21,802 nucleotides of DNA from an uncultured virus (IMG/VR IMGVR_UViG_3300030495_000024) (IMGVR_UViG_3300030495_000024); one strand, 5' to 3'. Numbered from the stretch's first letter, positions 1-9,170 are shown. Notes: generated by a model from the sequence alone, not told the origin. Program-made: numbers and translations.

Positions 1-114
1 GGGCGCCGTGGAAAGCGCCGCGGCCTCGAAAATCGCCACCTTCTCCGGGTCGACGTCCGGCGCCGCGGACTTGACGCGGGCCTTCAGTTCGTCGTTGAGG
101 GTGAGCTGCTTCAC
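1..114 (-). CDS. 5' part of the gene after the portal, probably head morphogenesis (protease/scaffold); runs off the window
   Basis: GTG at 114 opens MKQLTLNDELKARVKSAAPDVDPEKVAIFEAAALSTAP with no stop to base 1. Function inferred from gene order only. Confidence 0.6.
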   Translation of the reverse strand, partial: MKQLTLNDELKARVKSAAPDVDPEKVAIFEAAALSTAP

Positions 115-177
115 AACAAGGGGTCCGTGTTGAGCTTGCAGCGAGATAGGAATAACCGCCTTATGCTTCAACACGAC

Positions 178-220
178 AGCAACGTACGTGCCCCTAACAA
201 TTAGGGGTCAGTACGTTGCT
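178..220. repeat. Long inverted repeat over the portal stop codon
   Basis: AGCAACGTAC-gtg-CCCCTAA-caa-TTAGGGG-tca-GTACGTTGCT: 10-bp and 7-bp perfect arms, no U-tract. Confidence 0.8.
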
Positions 221-1775
221 CCTCGATCATCTTGTAGGCTTGCCCGGTGAGACTTGCCATCGCCAGGCGTCGCGTCTGCCGGCGGTTGGCGGCCGTGGCG
301 CGCGTGCGCGGCGGACTCGAGGCACGACCGACACTGTCCGTCTTCGGGCTGACGTCCTCGGGCTTCGCCTTGGTCGTGCCCGAGGTATCGCCGGCCGGCG
401 CGCTCTCGATGGCCGACAAGAAACCGGTCCCTGAGAGCTGCGGAGCGCCCGGCGGCGGCAGTCGCTTGTAGACCCAGAGATGGTACTCGACGTCCGTGAT
501 GAGGCCGTCCGAGAGGTCCTGGCGCAGGCGCTGCGAGCGAAGCGTGAGCTGCGGCTCGAGTTCGGTCCATGGGCGCAGCTCGGCAGGATCGAACTCGACG
601 CGAGCGAAGCCCTGGTAGCCGTCCTGGTGCAGGACGAAGGAGAACATCCGACCGTAGAAGTCGGCCAGGGGCTCGTTCAGCTGGTCGGCGTAGAGAGCGG
701 CCAGGCGCGCCTCGACGGAGCCCGTGTTCACGCCCGAGCTGCCTCGACCTAGGATCGTGCTCATGGTCTTGAGTGCGGCCTGGTTCTGGGCGTTCAGCAC
801 CTCGATGATCGGCGTGATGTTGAGCGCCGTCCCCGGCGCCTTGTCATTGAGCATCTTCAGCTCGACGGCATCCGAGTGGACGAGGCTCTGGTCTACCGCG
901 ATGTTGTCGAAGGCGGACTGGATCTCGCCGTAGCGCGCATTCAGCCAGTCCTGCTTCTCCTGCTCCCTGCCAGGCTGGCGATAGGTCGCCGGCATGTTCT
1001 TGGTCAGGATCTCCTCGAGCACCTTGATCTCGATGCGCGGATACCCGGTCGCGCGCATGATGCGGTAGAGGTCGTTGATGACCTGCTGTCGCGCGGCGAT
1101 GGTGTTGATCGCCGAGACGAACGGGGAGACGGTGTAGATCGCGGTGGGATCGCGCCGATAGAACGCCACCATGAAGGCGGGCGTGTCGATCGGGACAGGA
1201 TCCGAGACGCCGGGCACGACCTGGCCCGGCTTGTAGTCGCCGGGCTTCTTCTCGACCCAGCGGATGCCGGCCATGTCGACATTGCGAATATGGTCGGGTG
1301 TCCCGGCCTTATCGAAGACCAGCTCGCCCCCGATCGCGCCCCGCATCAGGAGCATGTAGCGAAGCTCTTCAGCCTGACGGTAGATGCCCTGCCGAAGCTG
1401 AAAGCCGAGGGTATAGTCCGTCTGGTGAGAGAGCTTCGTCACGAGCTGCTGCAGCTCGCGGCTCTTCTCCTCGTCGACATTGCCGTCCAGATCCTCGGCG
1501 TAGACGATCATCTGGGTGTCGGCGAGCGTCAGGTAGCCGTTCACGGTCCCGGACATGTCCGGGTCGTTCTGCATCATCTTCTTGATGAGGCTCTGGCTGT
1601 TGTCCGCCAGACGGTCCTGAAAGAGATCGTCCTGGTGGTCACGGTACTGCGGCAGCGTCAGGACCTGATCCGCGTTCTGCGGATTGTAGGTCGGCGTGTT
1701 CGCAGTACCGCCGGCACGCGCCTTCTTCTTGAAGGGTACGATCGCCAGCAGCTTCGATGCAAGATTGTCGGCCAC
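201..1775 (-). CDS. Probable phage portal protein (524 aa)
   Basis: Directly downstream of the terminase with a 1-nt TAG/GTG overlap at 1775. Typical portal size, largely helical, low-complexity Pro/Ala/Arg C-terminal tail. Confidence 0.75.
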   Translation of the reverse strand: MADNLASKLLAIVPFKKKARAGGTANTPTYNPQNADQVLTLPQYRDHQDDLFQDRLADNSQSLIKKMMQNDPDMSGTVNGYLTLADTQMIVYAEDLDGNVDEEKSRELQQLVTKLSHQTDYTLGFQLRQGIYRQAEELRYMLLMRGAIGGELVFDKAGTPDHIRNVDMAGIRWVEKKPGDYKPGQVVPGVSDPVPIDTPAFMVAFYRRDPTAIYTVSPFVSAINTIAARQQVINDLYRIMRATGYPRIEIKVLEEILTKNMPATYRQPGREQEKQDWLNARYGEIQSAFDNIAVDQSLVHSDAVELKMLNDKAPGTALNITPIIEVLNAQNQAALKTMSTILGRGSSGVNTGSVEARLAALYADQLNEPLADFYGRMFSFVLHQDGYQGFARVEFDPAELRPWTELEPQLTLRSQRLRQDLSDGLITDVEYHLWVYKRLPPPGAPQLSGTGFLSAIESAPAGDTSGTTKAKPEDVSPKTDSVGRASSPPRTRATAANRRQTRRLAMASLTGQAYKMIEEQRTDP

Positions 1776-3487
1776 TAGCGTAGAACCCCGGCATGATCAG
1801 CGCCACGAAATATGGGTCGACCGACAGGCTGGAACAACCGTGAGCCGCCTCCTAAGAAAACAGAAGATCTTTGATCGGTCGAAAACTCGATGCCCGCACG
1901 CAGACGAACTGCCGTCTGCTGCAAAGCAGCGGCATGCAGAAAGTGATCATCTCCATTGATCTTGTTCCAGACCGGAGGCTCGTCGGGAGCCTCGATGCGG
2001 ATCATGTCACGGAAGTGGGTCTTCACGAGCGAGGCGAAAGGACCGTATCCGGCCAGCTGCCAGGTGCGGAGCCGGCACTGCTTCGCGACCAGATCGAGAG
2101 CCTGCGTCCGGTTGATGGTGTAGTGGGTGATCACCTCGAACTCGTCGACCTGCTCCTTCACCGCCGGCGCGACCTTGGACGTCGAGTAGGCCATAGGCAT
2201 GATCACGCCGTTCGTGACGTCGCGGATCGCCTCGGCGGTCGGGGTATAGGGGTACATGTCGATGCCCCCCTGGATGATGCCCAGCGTCTCCACGCGGCCC
2301 TTCACGAACTCGACGATGTCGTGCTGTGGAACCTGGTGGAACTCGAGGAGAGCGTTCGGCTTCCCGATGACGACGTGACAGGTCTGCCCGACGTCGCAGC
2401 CCAGGAAGAGGTCGCCCGATCCCAGCTCGCCGGCCTCGACCTGCCGAGGCGTCATGATGGCGATGAGGTCTTCCTCGCTGATCCGGGCGTTGCTGTCGTT
2501 GAAGGCCTCGCCGATGACGGTGTTGTGCCAGCCCTTCAGATTGTCCTTGCGCTGGTACTCCAGCAGCATGCGGAAGATGTAGGGGATCGTGATCGTGGTG
2601 ATCGAGAAGGGCCGGACGCGATAGCCCCGGGCTCGCCGCGAAGGGAACTCCGGGATCCACTCGCGCCCGGGCGCGCCGAGATCGAGCGGCCGGGAGCACT
2701 TCTCGCAGCGGACGTAGGTGCCGTCCATGTCGATGGCATCGACCTGCTCCTGAGAGAGCTTCGAGAGATCCTCATGGTCTCCTCGCAGCCCCGGCAGGCA
2801 GAGGAACCGAGGATGGAAGATCGGCACCTGATGGTGCCCGCAGGCACAGCGGATGAACCACTCGTGCTTGTCGGACGCCTGGTAGGCGGCGTCGATCCCG
2901 TAGCCGAGGTAGGTGGGCGTCGAGAAGCGCTGCGTGATCTTCCAGAGCGAGCCCTGGAGGCGCGACTGGAAGAGCGAGCGCATGGACTGGTCGGCCAGAT
3001 CGACCTCGTCCTCCATGAGGATGTCGGCCGAGATTGAGGTCGCCTCGCCCTCGGTGGTGCCGGTGATGTACCCGAAGCTCTCGTCGACCTGATAAAGCCC
3101 CTTGTGACGCACGGGCTTGGCGACCATCGGCCCGTTGAAGATGGACTCGCCATCGATCAGGGTCTTGATCCGGGTCTGCGATAGGCGGTCGCGCATTGGA
3201 AGCGTGGGCATCGAGAAGATGCCGGACGTTCCGACGTTGCGCTTCAGGAAGCCGAAGAACTTCCGCATCTGGACCTCGGTGAGGCCGATCTGCGAGAGCT
3301 TCATGCACGTCAGGTCGGGATGCATGTCGTCCACGATCTGACGCTGGAACTCGAACCCCTTGAAGCTGAACGGCCGCTGCCGGAGCTTGGTGTTCGATCC
3401 GATCCACTCCGACATCGACATGGTCGTGCTGTCGTCGGGAAAGCGCTCGTCGAGCCCCGCGATGAAGGTCGTCAGGTGCGGGTTCAC
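1775..3487 (-). CDS. terL: Terminase large subunit, lambda gpA-like (570 aa)
   Basis: gpA-type Walker A KLSQIGLTE, Walker B ILMEDEVD, coupling motif FSTPT, Cys/His cluster CACGH...CEKC, nuclease motifs LGCDVG and DDHFLHA. Start placed at GTG 3487 (GAGGAG upstream, GTGA overlap with the upstream stop). Confidence 0.92.
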   Translation of the reverse strand: MNPHLTTFIAGLDERFPDDSTTMSMSEWIGSNTKLRQRPFSFKGFEFQRQIVDDMHPDLTCMKLSQIGLTEVQMRKFFGFLKRNVGTSGIFSMPTLPMRDRLSQTRIKTLIDGESIFNGPMVAKPVRHKGLYQVDESFGYITGTTEGEATSISADILMEDEVDLADQSMRSLFQSRLQGSLWKITQRFSTPTYLGYGIDAAYQASDKHEWFIRCACGHHQVPIFHPRFLCLPGLRGDHEDLSKLSQEQVDAIDMDGTYVRCEKCSRPLDLGAPGREWIPEFPSRRARGYRVRPFSITTITIPYIFRMLLEYQRKDNLKGWHNTVIGEAFNDSNARISEEDLIAIMTPRQVEAGELGSGDLFLGCDVGQTCHVVIGKPNALLEFHQVPQHDIVEFVKGRVETLGIIQGGIDMYPYTPTAEAIRDVTNGVIMPMAYSTSKVAPAVKEQVDEFEVITHYTINRTQALDLVAKQCRLRTWQLAGYGPFASLVKTHFRDMIRIEAPDEPPVWNKINGDDHFLHAAALQQTAVRLRAGIEFSTDQRSSVFLGGGSRLFQPVGRPIFRGADHAGVLR

Positions 3488-3855
3488 GGCCGAAGGCTCT
3501 CCTCGGCCAGCTCTCGCTGGAAGGCCTCGAGCAGATGGTCGGGCGGCGCGCTTTCGCTCCACAAGGCCGGAGCGGGGGCCACAGAGGGCTCGAAGATCCA
3601 GGGGATCTCAGGGATCAGGAAGGCCTGGGCGAACTGCCCCGCGTCACGCCGACGCCCGAACTGAAGGGCCTCGGGCGGCGGCGACCCGTCGAGACGAAAG
3701 ACGAGGCGCAGGTGCTCACGCTGGACGCGGTCCCCATCCCCATCCCCGATGAAGGCCACGTAGTAGGCGTGATCCGGGTGCCGGATACGCCAGAGCGAAG
3801 CTGACCCCGCACGGTCCGTTTCGTACCTGCCGATTTCTCCATAACGATCAGCCAT
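3484..3855 (-). CDS. Hypothetical protein (123 aa), first gene of the packaging operon
   Basis: ATG start; stop overlaps the terminase GTG; protein-like composition. Confidence 0.65.
   Translation of the reverse strand: MADRYGEIGRYETDRAGSASLWRIRHPDHAYYVAFIGDGDGDRVQREHLRLVFRLDGSPPPEALQFGRRRDAGQFAQAFLIPEIPWIFEPSVAPAPALWSESAPPDHLLEAFQRELAEESLRP
3813..3827. promoter_or_regulatory. Palindrome family A site (GGTACGnnnCGTACC)
   Basis: GGTCCGTTTCGTACC, the exact reverse complement of the 8716 site. Confidence 0.7.
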
Positions 3856-3931
3856 TTACGCCCCCAAGCAGATCATCCGCAGCGCCGGTGGCACCCAAGA
3901 TCATCGAACTAGATATTCGACCTTCTTAGGT

Positions 3932-3946
3932 ACATTGCTGCAATGT
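3932..3946. promoter_or_regulatory. Palindrome family C site (ACATTGCwGCAATGT)
   Basis: ACATTGCTGCAATGT in the divergent intergenic region; identical sites at 13018 and 13041. Confidence 0.75.
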
Positions 3947-4018
3947 CCGTCTTCCGCTCGCCTTGGATTAAGACTACCGACCCACTATGTCAGCGAGCCC
4001 TCGGAGCGGACTTCGATC

Positions 4019-4522
4019 ATGACAGATAGGACCTATCCGGCCCTGCCAGAAGGCCTGGCCCTCAAGCTGCGGGCGATCGAACAGCTGATGGAGTTCGATC
4101 CGAACTACCTGACGTCCGACGAATGCCCCTACTCGACCGACCTGCAAGGCTACCTCCGGCGCCTCTTCACGCCGGCGCGCACGGGGCGCGAGGACAGCGC
4201 GGGTGACGTGTTCACGCCGGGGCAGGACGACAACGAGCAGGCGGATAGCCTGATCCGCGAGATCCAGAACGCCATCAACTCCATGAAGCGACTGCAGCAA
4301 GACGTCGACAACAGCGACGATGTGGGAGACCGCCTTAACTTCCTGAAAAACTTCGGATCCTTGATGGATCGCTTCTTGTCTCTGAAAGAAAAGGCGCAGG
4401 GCATCAAGCAAATGTTCGAGTTCCAGCGCGTAGTCATCCAGACAATGGAGCAGGTACTGGACAAAGACGGGCGCCTAGACTTCAAGAAACGATTAAAAGA
4501 GGCCAATCTTTCGCTATCTTGA
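4019..4522 (+). CDS. Helical hypothetical protein (167 aa), candidate terminase small subunit
   Basis: ATG 4019 with GGAG upstream; coiled-coil-like C-terminal half; near terL but on the opposite strand. The function call is inference. Confidence 0.7.
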   Translation: MTDRTYPALPEGLALKLRAIEQLMEFDPNYLTSDECPYSTDLQGYLRRLFTPARTGREDSAGDVFTPGQDDNEQADSLIREIQNAINSMKRLQQDVDNSDDVGDRLNFLKNFGSLMDRFLSLKEKAQGIKQMFEFQRVVIQTMEQVLDKDGRLDFKKRLKEANLSLS

Positions 4523-4538
4523 TTTGCCCTCTCACTTA

Positions 4539-4553
4539 GGTACGTTTCGTACC
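4539..4553. promoter_or_regulatory. Palindrome family A site
   Basis: GGTACGTTTCGTACC upstream of the primase. It overlaps a possible TTGATT-N16-TACGTT promoter (4519-4546). Confidence 0.8.
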
Positions 4554-4649
4554 ATGCGACATCAGATCCGTCAGTTCATTTGGCGCTCGATGGCTATGCT
4601 GAGTGCGTCCATAATTTGGGATGTACTTAAGCTCTTTATCAAAATCTAA
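4554..4649 (+). CDS. Possible 31-aa hydrophobic peptide MRHQIRQFIWRSMAMLSASIIWDVLKLFIKI
   Basis: ATG immediately follows the palindrome; TAA at 4647-4649, 14 nt before the primase start; no Shine-Dalgarno sequence. Confidence 0.3.
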   Translation: MRHQIRQFIWRSMAMLSASIIWDVLKLFIKI

Positions 4650-4663
4650 GGGGTACCGCGTCT

Positions 4664-7219
4664 ATGTCAGCCGAAGGCACTGGGCCGGCGAGTAATATTT
4701 TCGCCGATAACTGTGATCGATACTGGGACCGCGGTCTCCCAGTCATGCCGCTCAAGCGTTACACCTCAAACGGCGGGCCTGAGGGGAAGCCGACCGGTAA
4801 AGAGCCCGTCGTCCTGAACTGGCAGTCGCTCCAGGCCCGAATGCCGAACGAGGCCGAGCGGACGAGCTGGCGCGTCTTCCATCGCAACGGCAACATCGGC
4901 CTGCCGCTCGGGCCACAGTCCGGTCTCGTGGCGATCGACATCGATACCGACGACCCGAAGATCATCGGCATCCTGAACAAGGTGCTGCCACCATCGCCGT
5001 GGGAGCGCGTCGGTCAGAAGGGGATGGTGCGGATCTACCGCTACGACGGCCAGCCGATCATCCGCATCAAGTACCGGGACGAGGCAGGCAAGCTGCAATC
5101 CCTCGTCGAGATGCTCGGCGCCGGCTCCCAGATCGTGCTACCGCCCTCCGTTCACCCCAAGACAGGGCGGCCCTACTGGGCGAACAAGGACCTCGTCGAT
5201 TGCCTCGACGACGTCCGCTCCCTCCCGCACAACATCGAGCAGATCCTGCGGGACGCTCTCAGCCAAGCCGGGATGAGCCTCGGGACGTCGACGTTCGGCT
5301 CCGTCACCGACTACGTGTCGACCGGCAACCGCGACAACCACCTCGTCGGGCTCGCCGGCCTGTTCGCGCGCAACGTCGTGAAGGGCGAGAAGACCCTGAA
5401 GGAGGCGCTGACGGAAATCGAGGTCGCCGCGGCGACCTTCATCGAGCGCACCTACGGCGACAACATCGACCCCAAGAAGGGGCCGACGAAACTGATCGAG
5501 TTCCTGATCCGCGACGTGACGGGTCCGAAGGCCCACGTCCTGCCGAAGGGTTGGGATGAGGGTGTGACCGACGCGGAGCGTGTGGCTTGGGGTCTCGACG
5601 CCTTCACGAAGGACAATGAGACCTGGGACTGCGGCCAGATCCTCGACTACTTCAACGCTCACATCGAGAAAGCCGGCGTCAAGGACAACACCGAACAGTT
5701 CACCAGCGTGGTCAAGCTCGTCCTCAACCGCGTCGCCGCCAGCACCTCTCTCGATCCGATCGAAGAGGACCATATCGTCAACTACGTCGCCCAGGTCTCG
5801 GGCAAGAGGTTCAGCGCTGCCTCGGTGCGCCGGCAGCTCGCCAGTCTACGCGCCGGCCCGATCACGGGCGCGAACCACGCCGAGATCGCCGAGGCGGTCA
5901 TCAAGGATCTCGAAGAGCTGGGCGGTCCCATCCGCTTCCACAACGACACGCTCTGGCAGTACGAGGGCTCATCCTGGAAGAAGATGGACGAGGCGAAGGT
6001 CCTCCAGACAATCATCCGGGACTACGGCAAGACCCACAAGGCGGCTGGCCGCGCAACGGACCACCAGGGCATCCTCCGTACGATCCGGGGCCTGGCGGTC
6101 GGCGAGCTGCAAGAGGTGGCCGTCTCCGGCATCAACTTCGTCAACGGCTTCCTGACCGAGGATCTGGAGCTGAAGCCACACGATCCCGCCTACGGGATGA
6201 CCTACACGCTTCCCTACCCCTATCTGCCCGAGTCCGCCGGCAAGGCCACCCGCTGGCAGCAGATGCTCGTCGACTACTGGGGCAGCGACCCAGACTTCTC
6301 CGAGAAGGTGACGGCCCTCGGCGAGGTGATGGCGCTGACGCTCTTCGCCAAGATGACCGAGGTGCAGCTGGCCGTCTGCCTCTACGGCGTCGGGCACAGC
6401 GGCAAAAGCCGCATCATGGAAATCGTCCAGGCATTGATGCCGGCCGAGGCCCAGACCTCGCTCCCGCCGACGCTGTGGGGCGACAAGTTCGGGCCGGCGC
6501 AGCTCGTCGGCAAGCTGCTCAACTTCGCGGGCGAGCTGTCGGAGACCCAGCTCATCGACAGCGCCAAGTTCAAGCAGATCGTCGAGGGTGCGGTCATCGA
6601 GGCCCAGGAGAAGAACCGGCCGATGTTCAATTTCCGCCCCCGGGCGGCGCACTGGTTCGCGAGCAACCACACCCCCAAGTCCAAGGACAGCTCGGATGGC
6701 TTCACCCGGCGGTGGCTGTTCCTCTGCTTCACAAAGGCGTTCCCCGAAGGCCCCCGAAAGATCCTCGAGTACCACAAGGTTGTCATCTCGGAGGAACGCG
6801 AGGCTATCGCCGCCTGGGCCGTTCAGCACATGGTTCGACTTCGACACGAAAACTTTAAGATCACGGACCCACCATCATCTATGGAACAGCGGGAGGCGCT
6901 TGAAAACGAGCTGAACAACGTCCGGGATTTTCTAGTCGGTCTCCGGGAACAGGGTCGGATGATCCTGGGGGCCGAGGCTCATCAGAACGTTTCCGACCTG
7001 CACAACTACACGCCATTGAGCACCCTTTTGACCGAATACAAGACCTATTGCCTCGGTCAGAGTGTCTCCCCTGCTGGATCGAAAACGCTCGAGAAGCGTA
7101 TGGCGCACCTGCAGGGTCAATTCGGTTTCAGGAAGGACACGGTTATTGGAGCTGCGGGCCTGCCGATCCCAGTATATCGCTTCCTCACACTTGTTCATCA
7201 AAAGAAGGCAGTTGCGTAA
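4664..7219 (+). CDS. Primase-polymerase fused to an SF3 helicase (D5/P4-family phage/plasmid primase, 851 aa)
   Basis: N-terminal prim-pol motifs NIGLPLG, VAIDID and QIVLPPSVHPKTGRPY; PriCT-like GNRDNHL; D5_N-like INFVNG and PHDP; Walker A GVGHSGKS, Walker B NFAGE, motif C FASNHTP, FTRRW. Confidence 0.93.
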   Translation: MSAEGTGPASNIFADNCDRYWDRGLPVMPLKRYTSNGGPEGKPTGKEPVVLNWQSLQARMPNEAERTSWRVFHRNGNIGLPLGPQSGLVAIDIDTDDPKIIGILNKVLPPSPWERVGQKGMVRIYRYDGQPIIRIKYRDEAGKLQSLVEMLGAGSQIVLPPSVHPKTGRPYWANKDLVDCLDDVRSLPHNIEQILRDALSQAGMSLGTSTFGSVTDYVSTGNRDNHLVGLAGLFARNVVKGEKTLKEALTEIEVAAATFIERTYGDNIDPKKGPTKLIEFLIRDVTGPKAHVLPKGWDEGVTDAERVAWGLDAFTKDNETWDCGQILDYFNAHIEKAGVKDNTEQFTSVVKLVLNRVAASTSLDPIEEDHIVNYVAQVSGKRFSAASVRRQLASLRAGPITGANHAEIAEAVIKDLEELGGPIRFHNDTLWQYEGSSWKKMDEAKVLQTIIRDYGKTHKAAGRATDHQGILRTIRGLAVGELQEVAVSGINFVNGFLTEDLELKPHDPAYGMTYTLPYPYLPESAGKATRWQQMLVDYWGSDPDFSEKVTALGEVMALTLFAKMTEVQLAVCLYGVGHSGKSRIMEIVQALMPAEAQTSLPPTLWGDKFGPAQLVGKLLNFAGELSETQLIDSAKFKQIVEGAVIEAQEKNRPMFNFRPRAAHWFASNHTPKSKDSSDGFTRRWLFLCFTKAFPEGPRKILEYHKVVISEEREAIAAWAVQHMVRLRHENFKITDPPSSMEQREALENELNNVRDFLVGLREQGRMILGAEAHQNVSDLHNYTPLSTLLTEYKTYCLGQSVSPAGSKTLEKRMAHLQGQFGFRKDTVIGAAGLPIPVYRFLTLVHQKKAVA

Positions 7220-7318
7220 CAATCAGGCGGGACGTTTGGCGCCGGATCCACGCTGCCAGCAAAGCTGCAAGGTTGCTTCGGAACAGGAAAGATTGACTTA
7301 TGCACGACCAACGAAGTA

Positions 7319-7333
7319 GGTACGATACGTACC
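7319..7333. promoter_or_regulatory. Palindrome family A site
   Basis: GGTACGATACGTACC followed directly by ATG. Confidence 0.8.
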
Positions 7334-7362
7334 ATGGTGGCGACCTTCCGCCTGTCAACCAC

Positions 7363-7656
7363 ATGGAGCTAGGCCGGCAGGAGCCGTTCTGCTTCCCGGA
7401 TCGACGACGGGATCCCTTCGATGTGTTGGCGGAAACGAGCAACGTGCTGCTCTTCGACCAACCGAAACTGACGCTCGAGAGCCTCGAACGCCTTCTCGAC
7501 GAGATAGGCCCACTGCCGCTGCCGTTCCCGTGGGAGGACCCGGACCACACCCTGTTTCTGGTGCCGCCGACTCCGAAGCTCTCGGAGCTGGGGATCGAGA
7601 TCTACTGGACGGACAACCAGGGGCGCACCCGAGGTCCTGATGGTCGGGTGCTCTGA
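7363..7656 (+). CDS. Hypothetical protein (97 aa; alternative start 7300)
   Basis: Open frame whose stop overlaps the next ATG (TGATG). Start uncertain. Confidence 0.55.
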   Translation: MELGRQEPFCFPDRRRDPFDVLAETSNVLLFDQPKLTLESLERLLDEIGPLPLPFPWEDPDHTLFLVPPTPKLSELGIEIYWTDNQGRTRGPDGRVL

Positions 7657-7892
7657 TGGCGGTATTCGAGATCACGAGCCGCATCAGCCGTCGGTCGCTG
7701 CGAAACCGCTCCCGGCGCCGTCTTCAGGAGCTGTGCGACCAGTTGCGGTGGGAGGAGGAGGACCTCCTCCGACGCCTTCACGAGGTCCGCGTGGCGGGCC
7801 GGACCAAGGACGAACTGATCGAGCTGGTCCTGAAGCAGCTCTCCCGCAACGCTCGAATGCGGCAAGCACTCGACAAGCGATCTGCCACCTGA
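7656..7892 (+). CDS. Small basic protein, possibly ribbon-helix-helix-like DNA binder (78 aa)
   Basis: Coupled start; DLLRRLHEVRVAGRTKDELIELVL resembles the CopG/Arc helix-G-x-T/S-helix pattern. Confidence 0.6.
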   Translation: MAVFEITSRISRRSLRNRSRRRLQELCDQLRWEEEDLLRRLHEVRVAGRTKDELIELVLKQLSRNARMRQALDKRSAT

Positions 7893-7911
7893 GATCGAAG
7901 GGGGTTTCCAC

Positions 7912-8316
7912 ATGGACACCACACCGATTACACCGCACCTCGCGGAAGAGCCCGGGTTCGAGAAGCGCATGGCGGCGAAGAAGCCGAAGCCCCCGGCGCT
8001 GAGCCCAGAGATGACGCGGTTCGTCGCGTCCCTGCCGGTATTCCCAGACGGAGCTGCGGTACCGCTCTCGCCCTACAAGGAGACCAAGCTTTTCGACGAG
8101 GCACAGGCCTACGCGGTCGGAGCGAAGGCCGCAGCCGCCATTCAAGTGCCGAAAGCCGGTGAGCTGCTCGACGTCCTCGGCGCCGAGTGGCGGGCCAAGC
8201 AGGATGCCCTGCTGGCGAAGTGCCGGATGGCTCTTGAAGCAGGGCAACGCGTTGTCCTGACAGTGAACGGCGCCGTGGTCGCCGTCTACGATCCCCACCA
8301 GAGGAGTGAACGATGA
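7912..8316 (+). CDS. Hypothetical protein with a C-terminal Phd/YefM-like segment (134 aa)
   Basis: AGGGG upstream; C-terminus AEWRAKQDALL...EAGQRVVLTVNGAVVAVYDP. Confidence 0.7.
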   Translation: MDTTPITPHLAEEPGFEKRMAAKKPKPPALSPEMTRFVASLPVFPDGAAVPLSPYKETKLFDEAQAYAVGAKAAAAIQVPKAGELLDVLGAEWRAKQDALLAKCRMALEAGQRVVLTVNGAVVAVYDPHQRSER

Positions 8317-8708
8317 AGACCGAGATCAAAGACGAAGTCGGAGTGACGATGGCGGGGCCGGACAATCCTGCGCTGGCCGCCGCCAAGGCCCGGGATCTGG
8401 GTGGCGACGCCTACCTTCGGTACACCGACGAGTGCCGCTCCCGCGGTGAGCATGCGCTCTGTCACGAGGACTGGGCCGAAGGGCACGGAGGCAAGATCGA
8501 CCCCAGCAGGATCACGGTCGGACGAGCGGTCCTCAGCACGGGCTCTGTGGGCGACGTCAGCCGGCTCCAGGCCGGGATCTTACCCGCCGGTCAGCTCTCG
8601 GTGTCGGACGCCATGGTCGAGCGGGCTCAGCGTGAGGGTGCCGACTGCGGTCAGCTCTTGGACAGGCGCGTGGTGCGCGCCATGTTGGAGGCGGCTTTGC
8701 GCGGCTGA
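8313..8708 (+). CDS. Phage hypothetical protein (131 aa)
   Basis: GAGGAG RBS, ATGA overlap; VSDAMVERA...RAMLEAAL pattern common in small phage proteins. Confidence 0.75.
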   Translation: MKTEIKDEVGVTMAGPDNPALAAAKARDLGGDAYLRYTDECRSRGEHALCHEDWAEGHGGKIDPSRITVGRAVLSTGSVGDVSRLQAGILPAGQLSVSDAMVERAQREGADCGQLLDRRVVRAMLEAALRG

Positions 8709-8715
8709 CGCGCAT

Positions 8716-8730
8716 GGTACGAAACGGACC
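8716..8730. promoter_or_regulatory. Palindrome family A site
   Basis: GGTACGAAACGGACC in the 48-bp gap before the 8757 gene. Confidence 0.75.
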
Positions 8731-8756
8731 ACAAATCCCGGAACAGGAACAAGACC

Positions 8757-9044
8757 ATGGCCAAGCACGCACACGAACTCGAGGCCGCCGGTGAGCCGCG
8801 CTGGCGGGCTCGCATCAAGGACAACCTGCTGCTCGTAACCGATCTCGCGTCGGACGAGGAGTTCCAGGCAACCGCCTACACCGTCGAGGGCAACACGATC
8901 CGCTTCTCGCTGCCCGGCGACAACGGCCTGCGTACACTGCAGGCAAGCGATCCCGGTTTTGAGGCCTTCAAGAAGGTCATCGACAAGACTCCGCTGGCCG
9001 CAGAGGGTGAGAAGCCGGCCACGGTGAAGGCCTCTGCGGCCTGA
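8757..9044 (+). CDS. Hypothetical protein (95 aa)
   Basis: AGGA RBS, GC3-rich codons, followed by an intrinsic terminator. Confidence 0.8.
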   Translation: MAKHAHELEAAGEPRWRARIKDNLLLVTDLASDEEFQATAYTVEGNTIRFSLPGDNGLRTLQASDPGFEAFKKVIDKTPLAAEGEKPATVKASAA

Positions 9045-9069
9045 TTTCCGGTCGAAATCGAGTGAAATT

Positions 9070-9090
9070 GGCCCCGAAAGGGGCCTTTTT
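9070..9090 (+). terminator. Rho-independent terminator
   Basis: GGCCCC-GAAA-GGGGCC-TTTTT. Confidence 0.9.
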
Positions 9091-9135
9091 CATGTAAAAT
9101 GAGCCTGTTTTGGTGATAAATCAGCTTTTTCAAGC

Positions 9136-9170
9136 AAAAACCCCGCACAAGGTCTTAACCTCATGCGGGG
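9136..9170 (-). terminator. Rho-independent terminator for the 9220-9462 gene
   Basis: Minus strand CCCCGCATGAGGT-TAAG-ACCTTGTGCGGGG-TTTTT: a 13-bp stem whose two G-U pairs form only on this strand. Confidence 0.9.

Noticed and set aside
1279..1293. ACATTGCGAATATGG, resembling halves of families B and C
   Set aside because: Three mismatches to family B and deep inside the portal gene; compatible with chance.
876..3037. Long plus-strand ORFs (876-1778, 1871-3037)
   Set aside because: Antisense shadows of the portal and terminase, typical of high-GC DNA; no motifs or RBS.
3488..3562. Longer terminase start at 3562
   Set aside because: It overlaps the upstream gene and adds a low-complexity extension. 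GTG 3487 has an RBS and a coupled overlap.
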